Shown: positions 1-9,591, numbered from the stretch's first letter. The stretch: DNA of 64,000 bases from Candidatus Latescibacterota bacterium (GCA_965116875.1 OZ220733.1:5280001-5344000), one strand, 5' to 3'. Notes: generated by a model from the letters alone, not told the origin. Made by a program: numbers and translations.

Positions 1-106
1 CCTCGCAGACCAGTGCAGAGCGCCCGGAACCGATCCATGCGTTTCCCGGCTCATGTTCGTCGTACCCGCCGGCAAGGTTGAAGCTCATCACGCGAAGTCC
101 GGACAT
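1..106 (-). CDS. Endonuclease/exonuclease/phosphatase (EEP) family protein, N-terminus only (runs off the window)
   Basis: Manual translation MSGLRVMSFNLAGG...; LRVMSFN is the typical first strand of the EEP fold; not in the ORF track. Confidence 0.6.
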   Translation of the reverse strand, partial: MSGLRVMSFNLAGGYDEHEPGNAWIGSGRSALVCE

Positions 107-167
107 ATTTGAGTCCTGTCCTGCAAGTTTCGTACCGATATCTGACGTGGTAATTGGAAACCTCAGT

Positions 168-473
168 CTACCCGCCGCGGATGTGCGGACGCACTTCCCG
201 GTCCAGCCGTTCCGCAAGCGTCTCCTCGGCGACTTCCAGTTCAAAGTTCGTCTGAATGTTCATCCAGAATCGGGGGGAGGTGTAGAAATACCGGGCGAGT
301 CTCAACGCCGTATCCGCCGTGATGCCGCGTTTGCCGAGGACGATCTCGTTGATGCGGCGGGGCGGTACCCCGATGGACAGCGCCAACTGGTTCTGGCTGA
401 GATCCATCGGATCGAGAAACTGTTCCTGCAATATTCTCCCGGGATGAACGGGAACCGTTTCTCCAGCAGACAT
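168..473 (-). CDS. higA: HigA-family antitoxin (XRE HTH); no adjacent toxin
   Basis: PVHPGRIL...LSQNQLA...RRINEIVLGKRGITADTALRLARYF...FWMNIQ; start moved to ATG 473. Confidence 0.9.
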   Translation of the reverse strand: MSAGETVPVHPGRILQEQFLDPMDLSQNQLALSIGVPPRRINEIVLGKRGITADTALRLARYFYTSPRFWMNIQTNFELEVAEETLAERLDREVRPHIRGG

Positions 474-565
474 GGATGATTCTCCTGCGTGACGTAGCGT
501 CACAGGCGGCGCCGGAACCCCCGATTTTCGAAGGATCGCACAATACGATATTTTATAACGTTTTC

Positions 566-705
566 CGTTAAATGACAAGTACTAAATTTGATTCGTTAAA
601 TAAAATACGTTAAATGTATTACATTAAACGAATTTCATTTAATGGTTTATCTTAAATGTAACTCGTTTAACTATATACGTTAAGCGGTACACGTTATATC
701 GAATT
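566..705. repeat. Degenerate AT-rich tandem array, 10 x 14 bp, consensus CGTTAAAT-N6
   Basis: Units start at 566,580,594,608,622,636,650,664,678,692. Confidence 0.75.
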
Positions 706-728
706 CAGGCGCAATGCAAGGCGATGAT

Positions 729-883
729 CAGACCTCTCTCCCCGGCCCTCTCTCCTACCAGGAGAGAGGGAGAAGAGGCACGCGTCGCGTGCCGGTCATT
801 GATAGACACTCTGATTGATAGGAAATCGCCACCCGGCACATTTGTATGCCCAGGACATCAACCCATCGCCGTTCCCCCTTCCT
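729..883 (+). repeat. 155-bp direct repeat, copy 1 (contains a REP-like ccctctctcc...ggagagaggg hairpin)
   Basis: Near-identical to 1759-1913. Confidence 0.9.
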
Positions 884-931
884 TCTGCTCGCCTTTTTCC
901 TTCTTCCTTTTTCCTTCTTCCTTCTTCCCTC

Positions 932-1624
932 TCATGGCCCTTTGGTCAGCCGCAGCATGTTTGTATCGCCCCGACGGAACTCGAACGCTACTGGCACCAC
1001 CTCGACGTCCGCGCGATCCCGCATCTTCTGAATCGTGCGATCCAGATGCCTCGATGTTTTGCCCGCCATGTCCAACAACGGAAATACCCGGACCTCGCGA
1101 CCCACCCGGAGCATTTCCCGCAGGTGCGATATGTGAGTCTCGCTGTCGAACTCCGCGGAGTACAGAAACAGCAGGTGGGAACAGAGGACAAGATCGAAGG
1201 TTTTTGACCGAAAGGGCAGATCGGGCAGTCTTCCCGATACGTAGCGGCCGCTCGCGGCAGCCGAGCGGAAGTCGCGCAGGAAGGTTGTGAGGACGTCGCG
1301 GCGCAGCCTGACGACCGATTCGGGACTTCCATAGTGGTCCCAGCGAAACCGTGCGTACGCCTCTCGCGCACCCCTGAGCATTCGCGCGGACGTGGATTGG
1401 AAATCCACCTCGATTTTGTGGCCGGAAAACCTGTATACGGGATCGACGGCGATGACGAATCGCCCCTTCCCGCCCCATTCGGCCGCGAACGACGACGGCC
1501 CACCTCCGCAGTCCAGGACCCGCGCGGACGACGGGACGTCCGACAATGCGAAGAACGCCTCGTATTCGGCCGCGCTCCGCCCCCAGGCGGGAACGGCTCC
1601 CCCGAAATCAAATTCGCTGGACAT
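932..1624 (-). CDS. SAM-dependent methyltransferase
   Basis: VLDCGGGPSSF motif I; LPF...FDLVLCSHLLFLY. Confidence 0.85.
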   Translation of the reverse strand: MSSEFDFGGAVPAWGRSAAEYEAFFALSDVPSSARVLDCGGGPSSFAAEWGGKGRFVIAVDPVYRFSGHKIEVDFQSTSARMLRGAREAYARFRWDHYGSPESVVRLRRDVLTTFLRDFRSAAASGRYVSGRLPDLPFRSKTFDLVLCSHLLFLYSAEFDSETHISHLREMLRVGREVRVFPLLDMAGKTSRHLDRTIQKMRDRADVEVVPVAFEFRRGDTNMLRLTKGP

Positions 1625-1758
1625 AGACGTGCAGATCCGGACCGGAAATCATTGGGACGACAGTCAACTCATACGAAGACTCGAAAAAAACGATCAGCTA
1701 TCAGCCGTCAGCCATCAGCTAAAGGCAAGATCAAAGGCTACCCCTCCACCCAGCCCCG

Positions 1759-1913
1759 CAGACCTCTCTCCCCGGCCCTCTCTCCCACCGGGAGAGAGGG
1801 AGGAGAGGCAAACGTCGCGGGCCGGTCATTGATAGACACTCGGATTGATAGGAAATCGCCACCCGGCACATTTGTATGCCCAGGACATCAACCCGTCGCC
1901 GTTCCCCCTTCCT
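1759..1913 (+). repeat. 155-bp direct repeat, copy 2
   Basis: Near-identical to 729-883. Confidence 0.9.
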
Positions 1914-2045
1914 CTCAGGAAGGGGGTTAGGGGGAAGGTCTCAGAATCGGTCAGACGTAAGCCGGTAGACGGGAGAGGTTTCCTGCCGCTGGTGGGTTTA
2001 GGGGCACCTGAAATATCGATTTGGACACTGTCCGCAGTTTACTGT

Positions 2046-3050
2046 CTAGCGTAACCACATCCACCCGGACCTCGTTGCCGGATGGGCGATTTCCTCTCTC
2101 AAATTCAGGTTCTTCACTTCCGGATCCACAACACAGTTGCGTATTTCCCGCGCAAATTGAAACAATCTGTTGTCCGGGTACGACTTACTTCTGTTCGCAG
2201 ATGGGGCGGCGGGAGAAAATCCGAGATTCTCGAGTTCATCCATGTAGACCGTCTCGATACGTTCCACCAACTCTCGCCTGTCACCCAACCTTTCGAATCC
2301 CTCCCTGAGAACGGTGCAAACCTTGTCCGGCGTACCTCCAAGCCTATTGAATTCCGCCCAAAGCCACTTGTGATAGGGCGCATATCGTCGATTTATCAGA
2401 AAGCCAACCTTCATCGCGTACTCCGCGAATCTGGTCCAATAGTTGAACGCGCTTACGGCGTCTCCCCGGGCCTCGGCCCTGAAGAGATGCTTTCGAACCC
2501 ACTCCCAGCACCAGGATAGACAGGCCGCCATTCGATGCCTCCATACATCATCCGGATACCTGGAAAACGCATTAAGGCGTGCGCTGACAATGCCCGGTTC
2601 ATCGTGATAAAGCCGGTTTGGAGTCAGTTCGAAGAGGTACGGTTCAGGTATGCGCAACCAGTCCTTCGGTGATCGTGGCGGCTTCCGGAATCCAACGGTC
2701 GCTTCCGTATAGTCGCCAAGTTCGAAGACACGACAGGTCTTTTCAGGTTCATTCTCCCACCGAAATCCATTATACTCCTGAGGTAGTGTATCCAGGATTT
2801 CCTGCAAAGGACCACCGTAACTGCCGAAATCGTCTTTGGCCAACCATACGGTGAATCCCGGACCCCAGCCGTGGTCGCGAGATACTTCGTCGTCGTTCTT
2901 GTGTGCCTGCGAGCCCAAGCTCACGCCGACGGCCAGTCTCCGCACACACTCTGGCAGTCCCCGCTCGATTTCGGGAAGCCCGACCCTGCGAAAGAACCTC
3001 TCCGACAGTTCGAATCCATTCACAGATCCTCCACGATCATTCGGAGTCAT
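2046..3050 (-). CDS. DUF4037-type nucleotidyltransferase-like protein
   Basis: GS...DDEVSRDHGWGPGF and RRYAPYHKWL motifs. Confidence 0.8.
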   Translation of the reverse strand: MTPNDRGGSVNGFELSERFFRRVGLPEIERGLPECVRRLAVGVSLGSQAHKNDDEVSRDHGWGPGFTVWLAKDDFGSYGGPLQEILDTLPQEYNGFRWENEPEKTCRVFELGDYTEATVGFRKPPRSPKDWLRIPEPYLFELTPNRLYHDEPGIVSARLNAFSRYPDDVWRHRMAACLSWCWEWVRKHLFRAEARGDAVSAFNYWTRFAEYAMKVGFLINRRYAPYHKWLWAEFNRLGGTPDKVCTVLREGFERLGDRRELVERIETVYMDELENLGFSPAAPSANRSKSYPDNRLFQFAREIRNCVVDPEVKNLNLREEIAHPATRSGWMWLR

Positions 3051-3061
3051 CAGCTGTTGGC

Positions 3062-3197
3062 CAGAATCGGTCAGACGAAAGCCGGTAGACTGGAGACATT
3101 ACCTGCCTCGTGAGGTTTCTTCTTCTGCCGGCGGCAAAGAGGAATTACATACCACGCAAGGATTTCTTCTCCCGTCTTCCCTCTACCGTCTCCCCGC
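3062..3197 (+). repeat. Heptamer-rich (agacggg/cccgtct) palindromic intergenic element
   Basis: Inverted homologue at 40146-40286; partial copies at 1941-1990 and 28877-29033. Confidence 0.8.
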
Positions 3198-3250
3198 CTT
3201 TCTTCCTTCATCCTTCATCCTTCTTCCTTTTTCCTTCCTCTTTTTCCCTT

Positions 3251-4246
3251 CTACCCTCTCACCGCCTCATTCCGACCTCTCTCCCCGGCCGCTTTGATGA
3301 CAGCCTCGATAAACCTGGCTTTACCGGCCTGGTAAGACTGCCGGTCCATTGGATATCGGCGGGACAGGTCCCGTTTCAATCTCACGTAGTCGTCCGCAAG
3401 GCCCTGGTTCGATCTCAAACAGTCCCTGAACAGGATGATTTCTTTCCAATCCGCGCTCGTTTTTTCGAACATGTGAATATGGTGGGAGCGCGGGACTCCC
3501 TTCCGGAAAAAGTGTCTTCGCGGGATGCTGTTCTCTCCCCTGTACTCGTACCCGATTCCGTCCAGGGGTTCTATGCAGATCCTGGCTTCGTCAAAGTCCC
3601 GGACGGCGACCGCAATGTCCAGTACGGGCTTCGCGGCCACGCCGGGGATTGACGTGCTGCCGACGTGCTGGATATCCTCGACGTAGTCCCCGATCGTTTC
3701 TTCGATATTCTCCTTCTCCAATTTGAACAGGGTGTTCCATTCTTCCCGATAAGGCGCCACGGAAACCTCTCCTCGATTCAGACCGAGCAGGGGGCCACGG
3801 CTGAACAGTTCCGGGATACGGTCACGCGTCAAAAACGTCCGCAGTTCCGGATCCACCCTCATTATGGAATCGTGGGAAATCCATGAATAAGCGAATACGA
3901 CGCCCTCTTCCGGACCCACCGTTCCGATATGCTCCCACTCGTCCGGCAAGTCAGAACCGGCGCTGAACAGGTAGTCCGTCCGTTCCACGTCCGACTGGAT
4001 GTAGGGTTTGAAGTATCGGGTCGTCCCGATTTTCCGGATGAAACGCAGATTTTCGATTCCCGACTCTTCAAAGGTTTCCCGATGCGCGGCCTGAAGCGGC
4101 GTTTCATTGCCTTCGAGGTTCCCGCCCGGAAGTCGATAGTATTCGTAACCGACGGATTTGAGTTCAAGAACCAGCAATTTGCATCGCTCATCCGCCCCAT
4201 ATCTTATGATGAACGCAAATGCTTTATGGACGAGAGGCTTCGTCAT
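3251..4246 (-). CDS. NUDIX hydrolase fused to a GrpB/UPF0157 domain
   Basis: PGGNLEGNETPLQAAHRETFEESG Nudix box; HVGSTSIPGVAAKPVLDI GrpB motif. Confidence 0.85.
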   Translation of the reverse strand: MTKPLVHKAFAFIIRYGADERCKLLVLELKSVGYEYYRLPGGNLEGNETPLQAAHRETFEESGIENLRFIRKIGTTRYFKPYIQSDVERTDYLFSAGSDLPDEWEHIGTVGPEEGVVFAYSWISHDSIMRVDPELRTFLTRDRIPELFSRGPLLGLNRGEVSVAPYREEWNTLFKLEKENIEETIGDYVEDIQHVGSTSIPGVAAKPVLDIAVAVRDFDEARICIEPLDGIGYEYRGENSIPRRHFFRKGVPRSHHIHMFEKTSADWKEIILFRDCLRSNQGLADDYVRLKRDLSRRYPMDRQSYQAGKARFIEAVIKAAGERGRNEAVRG

Positions 4247-4310
4247 CGGATCAGAGTTCCGGGTTTGTTTACGGAAGGCGCGATGCTCTCCAGCTCCACT
4301 GCCGATACGA

Positions 4311-4799
4311 CTAAACTCCCAGAGTGGCGCGGACGGCAGCCAACGTCTCGGCGGGTGTCTGACTGCTGTTGTCGATTACCGTTCCGATACCGGGATCGAT
4401 ATGGGGCATTCGATATTGATCCCTGATGCGGGCCCGTTCGCGATCAGTCAGTTGTCGCTGACCCCGGTCGGATATGGCCACGTCAAGGGCCGGCCGCAGC
4501 GTAAACGCGTGTATGGAAACGCCGGCGTCCGCCGCTTCCCGTTCGAAGACCGCGTAGTCGCAATGTGAAATCGGCCACGTAACCACCACGTTGAACCCGC
4601 GCGACAGCCAGCGCCTCGCCAGCGTCGCCGCATCCTCCACGCAATAAGGGCACGCTTCCGCCAGACTCAGACAATCGGCGAAGTGCCGCAGTTCGTCGAC
4701 TTCGACGTGAACGGTTTCGCCCAAATCTTCCGTCAGAAGACTGCCTATGGTCGATTTGCCGGAATTGATCGAACCGTTGATATAGATCAGGATTGGCAT
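4311..4799 (-). CDS. P-loop kinase-like (AAA_33/shikimate-kinase-like) protein
   Basis: INGSINSGKST Walker A. Confidence 0.75.
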   Translation of the reverse strand: MPILIYINGSINSGKSTIGSLLTEDLGETVHVEVDELRHFADCLSLAEACPYCVEDAATLARRWLSRGFNVVVTWPISHCDYAVFEREAADAGVSIHAFTLRPALDVAISDRGQRQLTDRERARIRDQYRMPHIDPGIGTVIDNSSQTPAETLAAVRATLGV

Positions 4800-4811
4800 C
4801 GGGCGCGACCC

Positions 4812-5579
4812 TCAGTCAATAAGGCCCCAGAGGCGCTGCCGCGCCCCGGACCAGTCCTGCCAGTCCGGGTGGACGTGTTTGATGGCCGCCAGATCGCGCT
4901 TGCGGCCGCCGGCGGGGAAGTAGTTCCAGCCCATCGCGCGGCGCGGCCCCGCGGCCGTCTTGAGGCCCGTGGCGTGCCAGCAGGAAGGGGTCCAGACCAG
5001 CGTCCATCGAGGGTCGAGGACGACCTCGACTTCGTGGGGGTGGCGGGCATAGAACATCGAGGGCATGTCGTCGTGGGTACCGGTGGCCAGTTCGAGTTGC
5101 AGAAGTTCGGCGCTGACGTCCTCCGGAGGCCGGTGCTGGCTGCCGGGCAGCACCCGGAGCGGCCCGTTGCTGGCGTCGTGACGGTCGAGGGCGGTGCGGA
5201 ACGACACCTGCCTCACCTCCGGGCTGCCGTCCGCGTGCCAGGGGACCTGGCGCCTGCCGGCCCTTTCCGCTTTCGAGGCGTCGCCGATACCGCATGCGCC
5301 CACATGTACCTGTTCGACGCCCAGAATCCGCCGCGCCGCATCCACCAACTCCCGCCGTTCCACCATTTGCAGTACGGGTTCACCGAGCATCAGAAACTGG
5401 CATGCGAGGCGGTTGCATCCCGATGGGAACTCCGTGCGCTCCCATTCCGGTTCCACTTCCTGCTGACGATTGTCGACTTTGCGGACGCCTTCCGCCCCCA
5501 GCGGATTCGGGATGAGGAAAAATCCGTTTCGCTCGAAGTGCGCCAACTGGTCGTCGGTGATCTCAAGGTGACTCTCCAT
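4812..5579 (-). CDS. Phytanoyl-CoA dioxygenase (PhyH) family protein
   Basis: FERNGF, WHAD, NGPLRVLPGSQH, distal WHA. Confidence 0.85.
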   Translation of the reverse strand: MESHLEITDDQLAHFERNGFFLIPNPLGAEGVRKVDNRQQEVEPEWERTEFPSGCNRLACQFLMLGEPVLQMVERRELVDAARRILGVEQVHVGACGIGDASKAERAGRRQVPWHADGSPEVRQVSFRTALDRHDASNGPLRVLPGSQHRPPEDVSAELLQLELATGTHDDMPSMFYARHPHEVEVVLDPRWTLVWTPSCWHATGLKTAAGPRRAMGWNYFPAGGRKRDLAAIKHVHPDWQDWSGARQRLWGLID

Positions 5580-5582
5580 CGT

Positions 5583-6659
5583 TCAAGCCCTCGCTACGGT
5601 TAGTGCTGCCAGTTTGTCTTCATCCAGTTCCACGCCCAGACCGGGGCCCTCGAGCGGTGTCAGATAGCTTCGTTCGGCCCTCACGCGTTCGCTGGCCGGC
5701 GAAGCCGTGTAGAGCAGCGGCCCCATCGGATCGCACGGCAACCGGACCTGGGGAGAGGTGATGCCCACGGCAATCTGGGCGCTCATGCCCAGCGTGGACT
5801 CCTGGTCGGTGCCGATCAGGCACGGCAGGCCCGCCGCCTCCCCCACCGCCAGGATGCGCTTAACGTGTGTGGGCCCACCGGACACGCAGGCCACGTTGAA
5901 CGCCGTACATGCGCCCCGTTCGGCCGCCTCATATGCCTGCTGCAGGGAACCGATATGCCAGGTAACCGGCAGGTCGACGCGTTGCGTGAACTGTGCGCTG
6001 GAACGCATGTCGTACGTCGGCTGTTCGAAATGGTATGGATTGTGACGCCGAAGCCTGTCGACGTAGCGCAGCGCCTCCTGCCAGTCGCGAAACCGGCCCG
6101 AGAAGTCGATGGACTTGAGCCGGATCCGGTCGCCGTGTCTGGATTTCATCTCGGAGAGGTAGCGGTCGTCCAGATCCACGTCGCCGGAGACGTAATAACG
6201 GAACAAATGGTGGCCCAGATCCACCAGACGCTGCAGGTACGACCCGGCGCGTTCGAAGTCCTCCAGCACTTGAAATCCGAAGATCGGATAGCAGCAATGG
6301 AGGGCTTCGCGCACCTTGCCGCCGAGCATCTGGTACACGGGTACCCCCTGTACCTTACCGTTGAGGTCGTAGAGCGCCAGGTCCACGGCGCTGGCCACGT
6401 GCGGATTGGAGACGGTGGTGTTCCAGTTCCGGGCGCGGGCGAAGTCGTTGATCTCGACGATACAGCGGGCATCGCGGCCTTTCAACTGCTCGTTGAGTTG
6501 CCGCGCCAGGGCCGGCACGTCCGCGCACTTGCTGTCCGACGCTTCGCCGAGGCCGATCGGGCCGTCGTCCACGTGGACCCGGATCAGCACGTGTCCGGAA
6601 ATTTGACCGTAGAAGCGCGGCGTTTCGATCTGGATGACTTCGATTCGGTCGATGATCAT
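5583..6659 (-). CDS. Mandelate racemase/muconate lactonizing enzyme family protein
   Basis: SAVDLALYDLNGKVQGVPVYQMLGG, FEQP, GPGLGVELD; start ATG 6659. Confidence 0.85.
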   Translation of the reverse strand: MIIDRIEVIQIETPRFYGQISGHVLIRVHVDDGPIGLGEASDSKCADVPALARQLNEQLKGRDARCIVEINDFARARNWNTTVSNPHVASAVDLALYDLNGKVQGVPVYQMLGGKVREALHCCYPIFGFQVLEDFERAGSYLQRLVDLGHHLFRYYVSGDVDLDDRYLSEMKSRHGDRIRLKSIDFSGRFRDWQEALRYVDRLRRHNPYHFEQPTYDMRSSAQFTQRVDLPVTWHIGSLQQAYEAAERGACTAFNVACVSGGPTHVKRILAVGEAAGLPCLIGTDQESTLGMSAQIAVGITSPQVRLPCDPMGPLLYTASPASERVRAERSYLTPLEGPGLGVELDEDKLAALTVARA

Positions 6660-6826
6660 GACTTCCTCCCCGCGCCCGGCATAGTCATATAATTCACAAA
6701 GCTTGAACATACATGGATGGACAGGATGGGCAGGAAAAAACATCAAAGGCTGGAACCGTCGAAATCCTGCAATTTAAGATCGGCAAATCCTGTCGTAGGT
6801 TTAGGAAACGATCCCGCGGGGGCAAG

Positions 6827-7408
6827 TTAGGACTTTTGCGCTGAATCACCAAGGGGGAACGTCAACCTCCTCTGGAACCGGAAGCTTCCGTCGGGGACCA
6901 TATATGCCAACCGGTCGCACATGAAGGAGCCGGTGGGGGCCGTATCCTGGAGACTCGCGCAGAGTTCAAGGCTCTCATCAATTGAAATGAACTCGGCGAT
7001 GGTCATGTGCGGGGCTATGTCGCGTCTGCGATGGGCTTCGTCAGCAAAGCCCGACGTGGCGTGGAGGACATCCTTCAGTCGCTCGACCGGCTCCCGCGGC
7101 GTCATGCGATACGAGACACCGGCGTGCCGCGGGGAGGCATACAGTCTGTCATAGTGAAGTTTAAACGGCCGGACATCCGATAGGACGCCGCGGATTTCGT
7201 CGGCAAGCGCGGGACTCATTTCTCGGCTTAGTGGATCGGACAACGAAATATGCGCCGGACACCATGCCGCCGAACGTGGATCGTACCGTTCTCGCAGAAG
7301 GTCTATCTCCCGCGAGACGTCGCGAGGCGGCAGGATCAGGATCACGCCCAGCCGGTAGCCGCGCTGCCAGTCTTCCCACTTCGTTGTATCCGTTACATAC
7401 GTGATCAC
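6827..7408 (-). CDS. 2H phosphoesterase (2'-5' RNA ligase superfamily)
   Basis: Two HxS/T motifs (HISL, HMTI); GTG 7408 preceded by AGGAG. Confidence 0.8.
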   Translation of the reverse strand: MITYVTDTTKWEDWQRGYRLGVILILPPRDVSREIDLLRERYDPRSAAWCPAHISLSDPLSREMSPALADEIRGVLSDVRPFKLHYDRLYASPRHAGVSYRMTPREPVERLKDVLHATSGFADEAHRRRDIAPHMTIAEFISIDESLELCASLQDTAPTGSFMCDRLAYMVPDGSFRFQRRLTFPLGDSAQKS

Positions 7409-7670
7409 AGCTGACTCCTGACGATGCGGGACGCGGGCGCGTTTCGACGGCACGCAGTTTGCACGATAGAACTGTCAGGATGACAATACCGGCCGGTGCA
7501 AATGTACTGAAAGAACGACGCCTGTTGTCAATATGAGATTGATAATAAATATCTTATAAGAAACAACTCTTGATCCCAAACTGAAATCCCGCTAAATTCA
7601 CTCTCAATCCCCGGGCGAACGAATATCAACATCTTGTATCTCGATTTGAGCAAAGGTTTTCTACACTATT

Positions 7671-8040
7671 CACTGCTGTCCAAGAACCGTGGTATTCCTG
7701 AGAGATGAGGATCGAAAAGTGGATTCGATTGGCGATTATGCACGGGGTTGACCCGGATAACGAAAACCAGGTTGCCATGGGTTCACGTTTGTTGCAAAAC
7801 ATGTCATTCTGAGCGGAGTCGAAGAATCTCCCATATTCTCGATTCGACGTGTAGCACATGCCCGTTGAAGACGAACCTGTGCGCGGACGTCTGGCCAGCC
7901 TTTCGGCCTCCTCTGCATAACTTTCGGGCTAAAGCGTGAAGGATACATTTCGCTGATGGCTGTGGACGATTCTCCATCCGTACATTTCGCGCATTTTCGC
8001 GACTTTCGTAGTGAATCAAGTCCGTTTGTGGCCAGAGAAA
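7671..8040 (+). mobile_element. MITE-A copy 1 (internally deleted, no IS inserted)
   Basis: Starts cactgctgtccaagaacc; colinear with 34748-34900 plus 36804-37008 and with 58352-58992. Confidence 0.8.
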
Positions 8041-8131
8041 ATTTAAGAAATTCCAGAACCCCTGTCCAGAATCGTCTTTTCCAAATGATCTTGAACAGCG
8101 GTGATATTTTGGTTAAATTTGAGAGGAGGTT

Positions 8132-8479
8132 ATGTCCCGGAACGAGATTTGGACAATTGGAAACAGAAAGTGGTTTGAGCGACTGATGGTTTTGCTGTTT
8201 GTCGGTGCATTGGGAAGTTGGTTCTATTCGGGGAACGCTGAATTCATAAAAGCGCTGGAATCTATGGTTGTGTTTTCGGTAACCGGTGCATTTGTTATCC
8301 TTGCAGGAGGTGAAGCCATGTTAGGCGTCCTGGCGGAAATACGACGTCGGCAGCGAGAAGAAGGGCGAGAAGAGGGGCGAGAGGAGGGAAGAAAAGAAGT
8401 GCTCCAATGGATTAGAGAACAGGAGGAAGCGGGGGTGCAGTTTAAGGAACCTCCTCCCTATTCATCTGAAAAGAATTGA
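8132..8479 (+). CDS. Hypothetical membrane protein with REEG-repeat tail
   Basis: GGAGG RBS; two hydrophobic segments; (REEG)x3. Confidence 0.7.
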   Translation: MSRNEIWTIGNRKWFERLMVLLFVGALGSWFYSGNAEFIKALESMVVFSVTGAFVILAGGEAMLGVLAEIRRRQREEGREEGREEGRKEVLQWIREQEEAGVQFKEPPPYSSEKN

Positions 8480-8506
8480 TCAAAATTCGTTCAATGCGGT
8501 CCCTGC

Positions 8507-8536
8507 AAAAGCCTCCACGTGATGACGGGGGCTTTT
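8507..8536 (+). terminator. Probable intrinsic terminator
   Basis: aaaagcctcc...gggggctttt stem followed by a T run. Confidence 0.55.
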
Positions 8537-8553
8537 CCTTTGGGGATTGCAAT

Positions 8554-8860
8554 CACTTTTGTCCGAGAACCGTGGGATTCTCAGGGATGAGGTTCGAAAG
8601 GTGTCTTTAACCTTGATTCGTCATTTTTCTGGGAGGATAATTCGTATATGTGTGAGTGAATAAAGGCGATTCAACTGCTGATTACCAGGATACACCAGGA
8701 CAATGTACGTGAACGGAAAAAATGTCCTTCATGATGACCATTTCGGCCCGTTTCGAAAGGTTTCGTCGCGGTGCCGCGTTGCGGCTTGTGCGGAATTGAG
8801 ATTAATTGGCGGTTTGTACGAGCTTGACCGGGATAACGAACACCAGTTTTGCCATCGGTG
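8554..8860 (+). mobile_element. Degenerate MITE-A remnant
   Basis: cacttttgtccgagaaccgtgggattc and ttgaccggataacgaacaccag match the MITE-A left part. Confidence 0.55.
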
Positions 8861-8982
8861 ATCGGCATCCTCATGTTGGATGAACGTTAGCCGACGTTGG
8901 ACTATTGAAGGTAGAGATAATGCGTATTGCTACTGCTTTTTTTCATTCAACTGAAACACACGACGCCACGATCAAGGACCTG

Positions 8983-9591
8983 CTAATAGACATAATAACA
9001 ATGCCGACGCACCCTATTTTCGAAACCGTTGCCCTCTTGTTCTCGCAACTTATTCCATACAGCAATAGTACCAATATTATCTTCCATGGCCCGATGTGTC
9101 TGTGATTTACGATAACCGCACCAATCCATCGCATTCTGCAATCGATATGTATTCTTTACGTATTTTTGAAGGCCACGAATCTCACGATACAGTTCCATTA
9201 CGCACACAAACAGATCTGCAGCCACCACTACGTGCGAAGGTAGAAATTGCAGCTCGAATTCCGCATTATATACCGCCACGACTCTATCACGAATCGCGGC
9301 CTTTATTGCAGGAACCTGATCCTCGAATGTAGAAGAATTCGCAACCGTCTGTGGACTGATTCCATGTATCCCTTGAGCCTCCGGCCAGGATTCAGCATAG
9401 ACCGGTTTTATATATTCATTCATAATTTCACGGCCATCGTAGTCAGCTATCGCAATCTCCACAATTTCATCGTCTTCATAAAGACCTGTGGTTTCAATAT
9501 CAAGAAATACGGGTCTGCTGATGTCCACGACCTTTCCATCGTGTCGCTCCAGCATATTCCCCTCCAGTTGAGCAGTGTACTCTTGACGCAT
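8983..9591 (-). CDS. DEDDh 3'-5' exonuclease (DnaQ-like)
   Basis: FLDIETTG, YNAEFE, HRAMED; lower GC than the neighbours. Confidence 0.85.
   Translation of the reverse strand: MRQEYTAQLEGNMLERHDGKVVDISRPVFLDIETTGLYEDDEIVEIAIADYDGREIMNEYIKPVYAESWPEAQGIHGISPQTVANSSTFEDQVPAIKAAIRDRVVAVYNAEFELQFLPSHVVVAADLFVCVMELYREIRGLQKYVKNTYRLQNAMDWCGYRKSQTHRAMEDNIGTIAVWNKLREQEGNGFENRVRRHCYYVY

Noticed and set aside
566-705. CRISPR array
   Set aside because: Unit is 14 bp with a 6-nt variable part, far too short; no cas genes
724-2054. Paired plus-strand ORFs starting MIGNRHPAHLYAQD
   Set aside because: Translations of the 155-bp repeat running antisense to the methyltransferase
7626-8019. Short ORFs in MITE-A, also 34880-35365, 36785-37051 and 58502-58938
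   Set aside because: Frames are not conserved between copies
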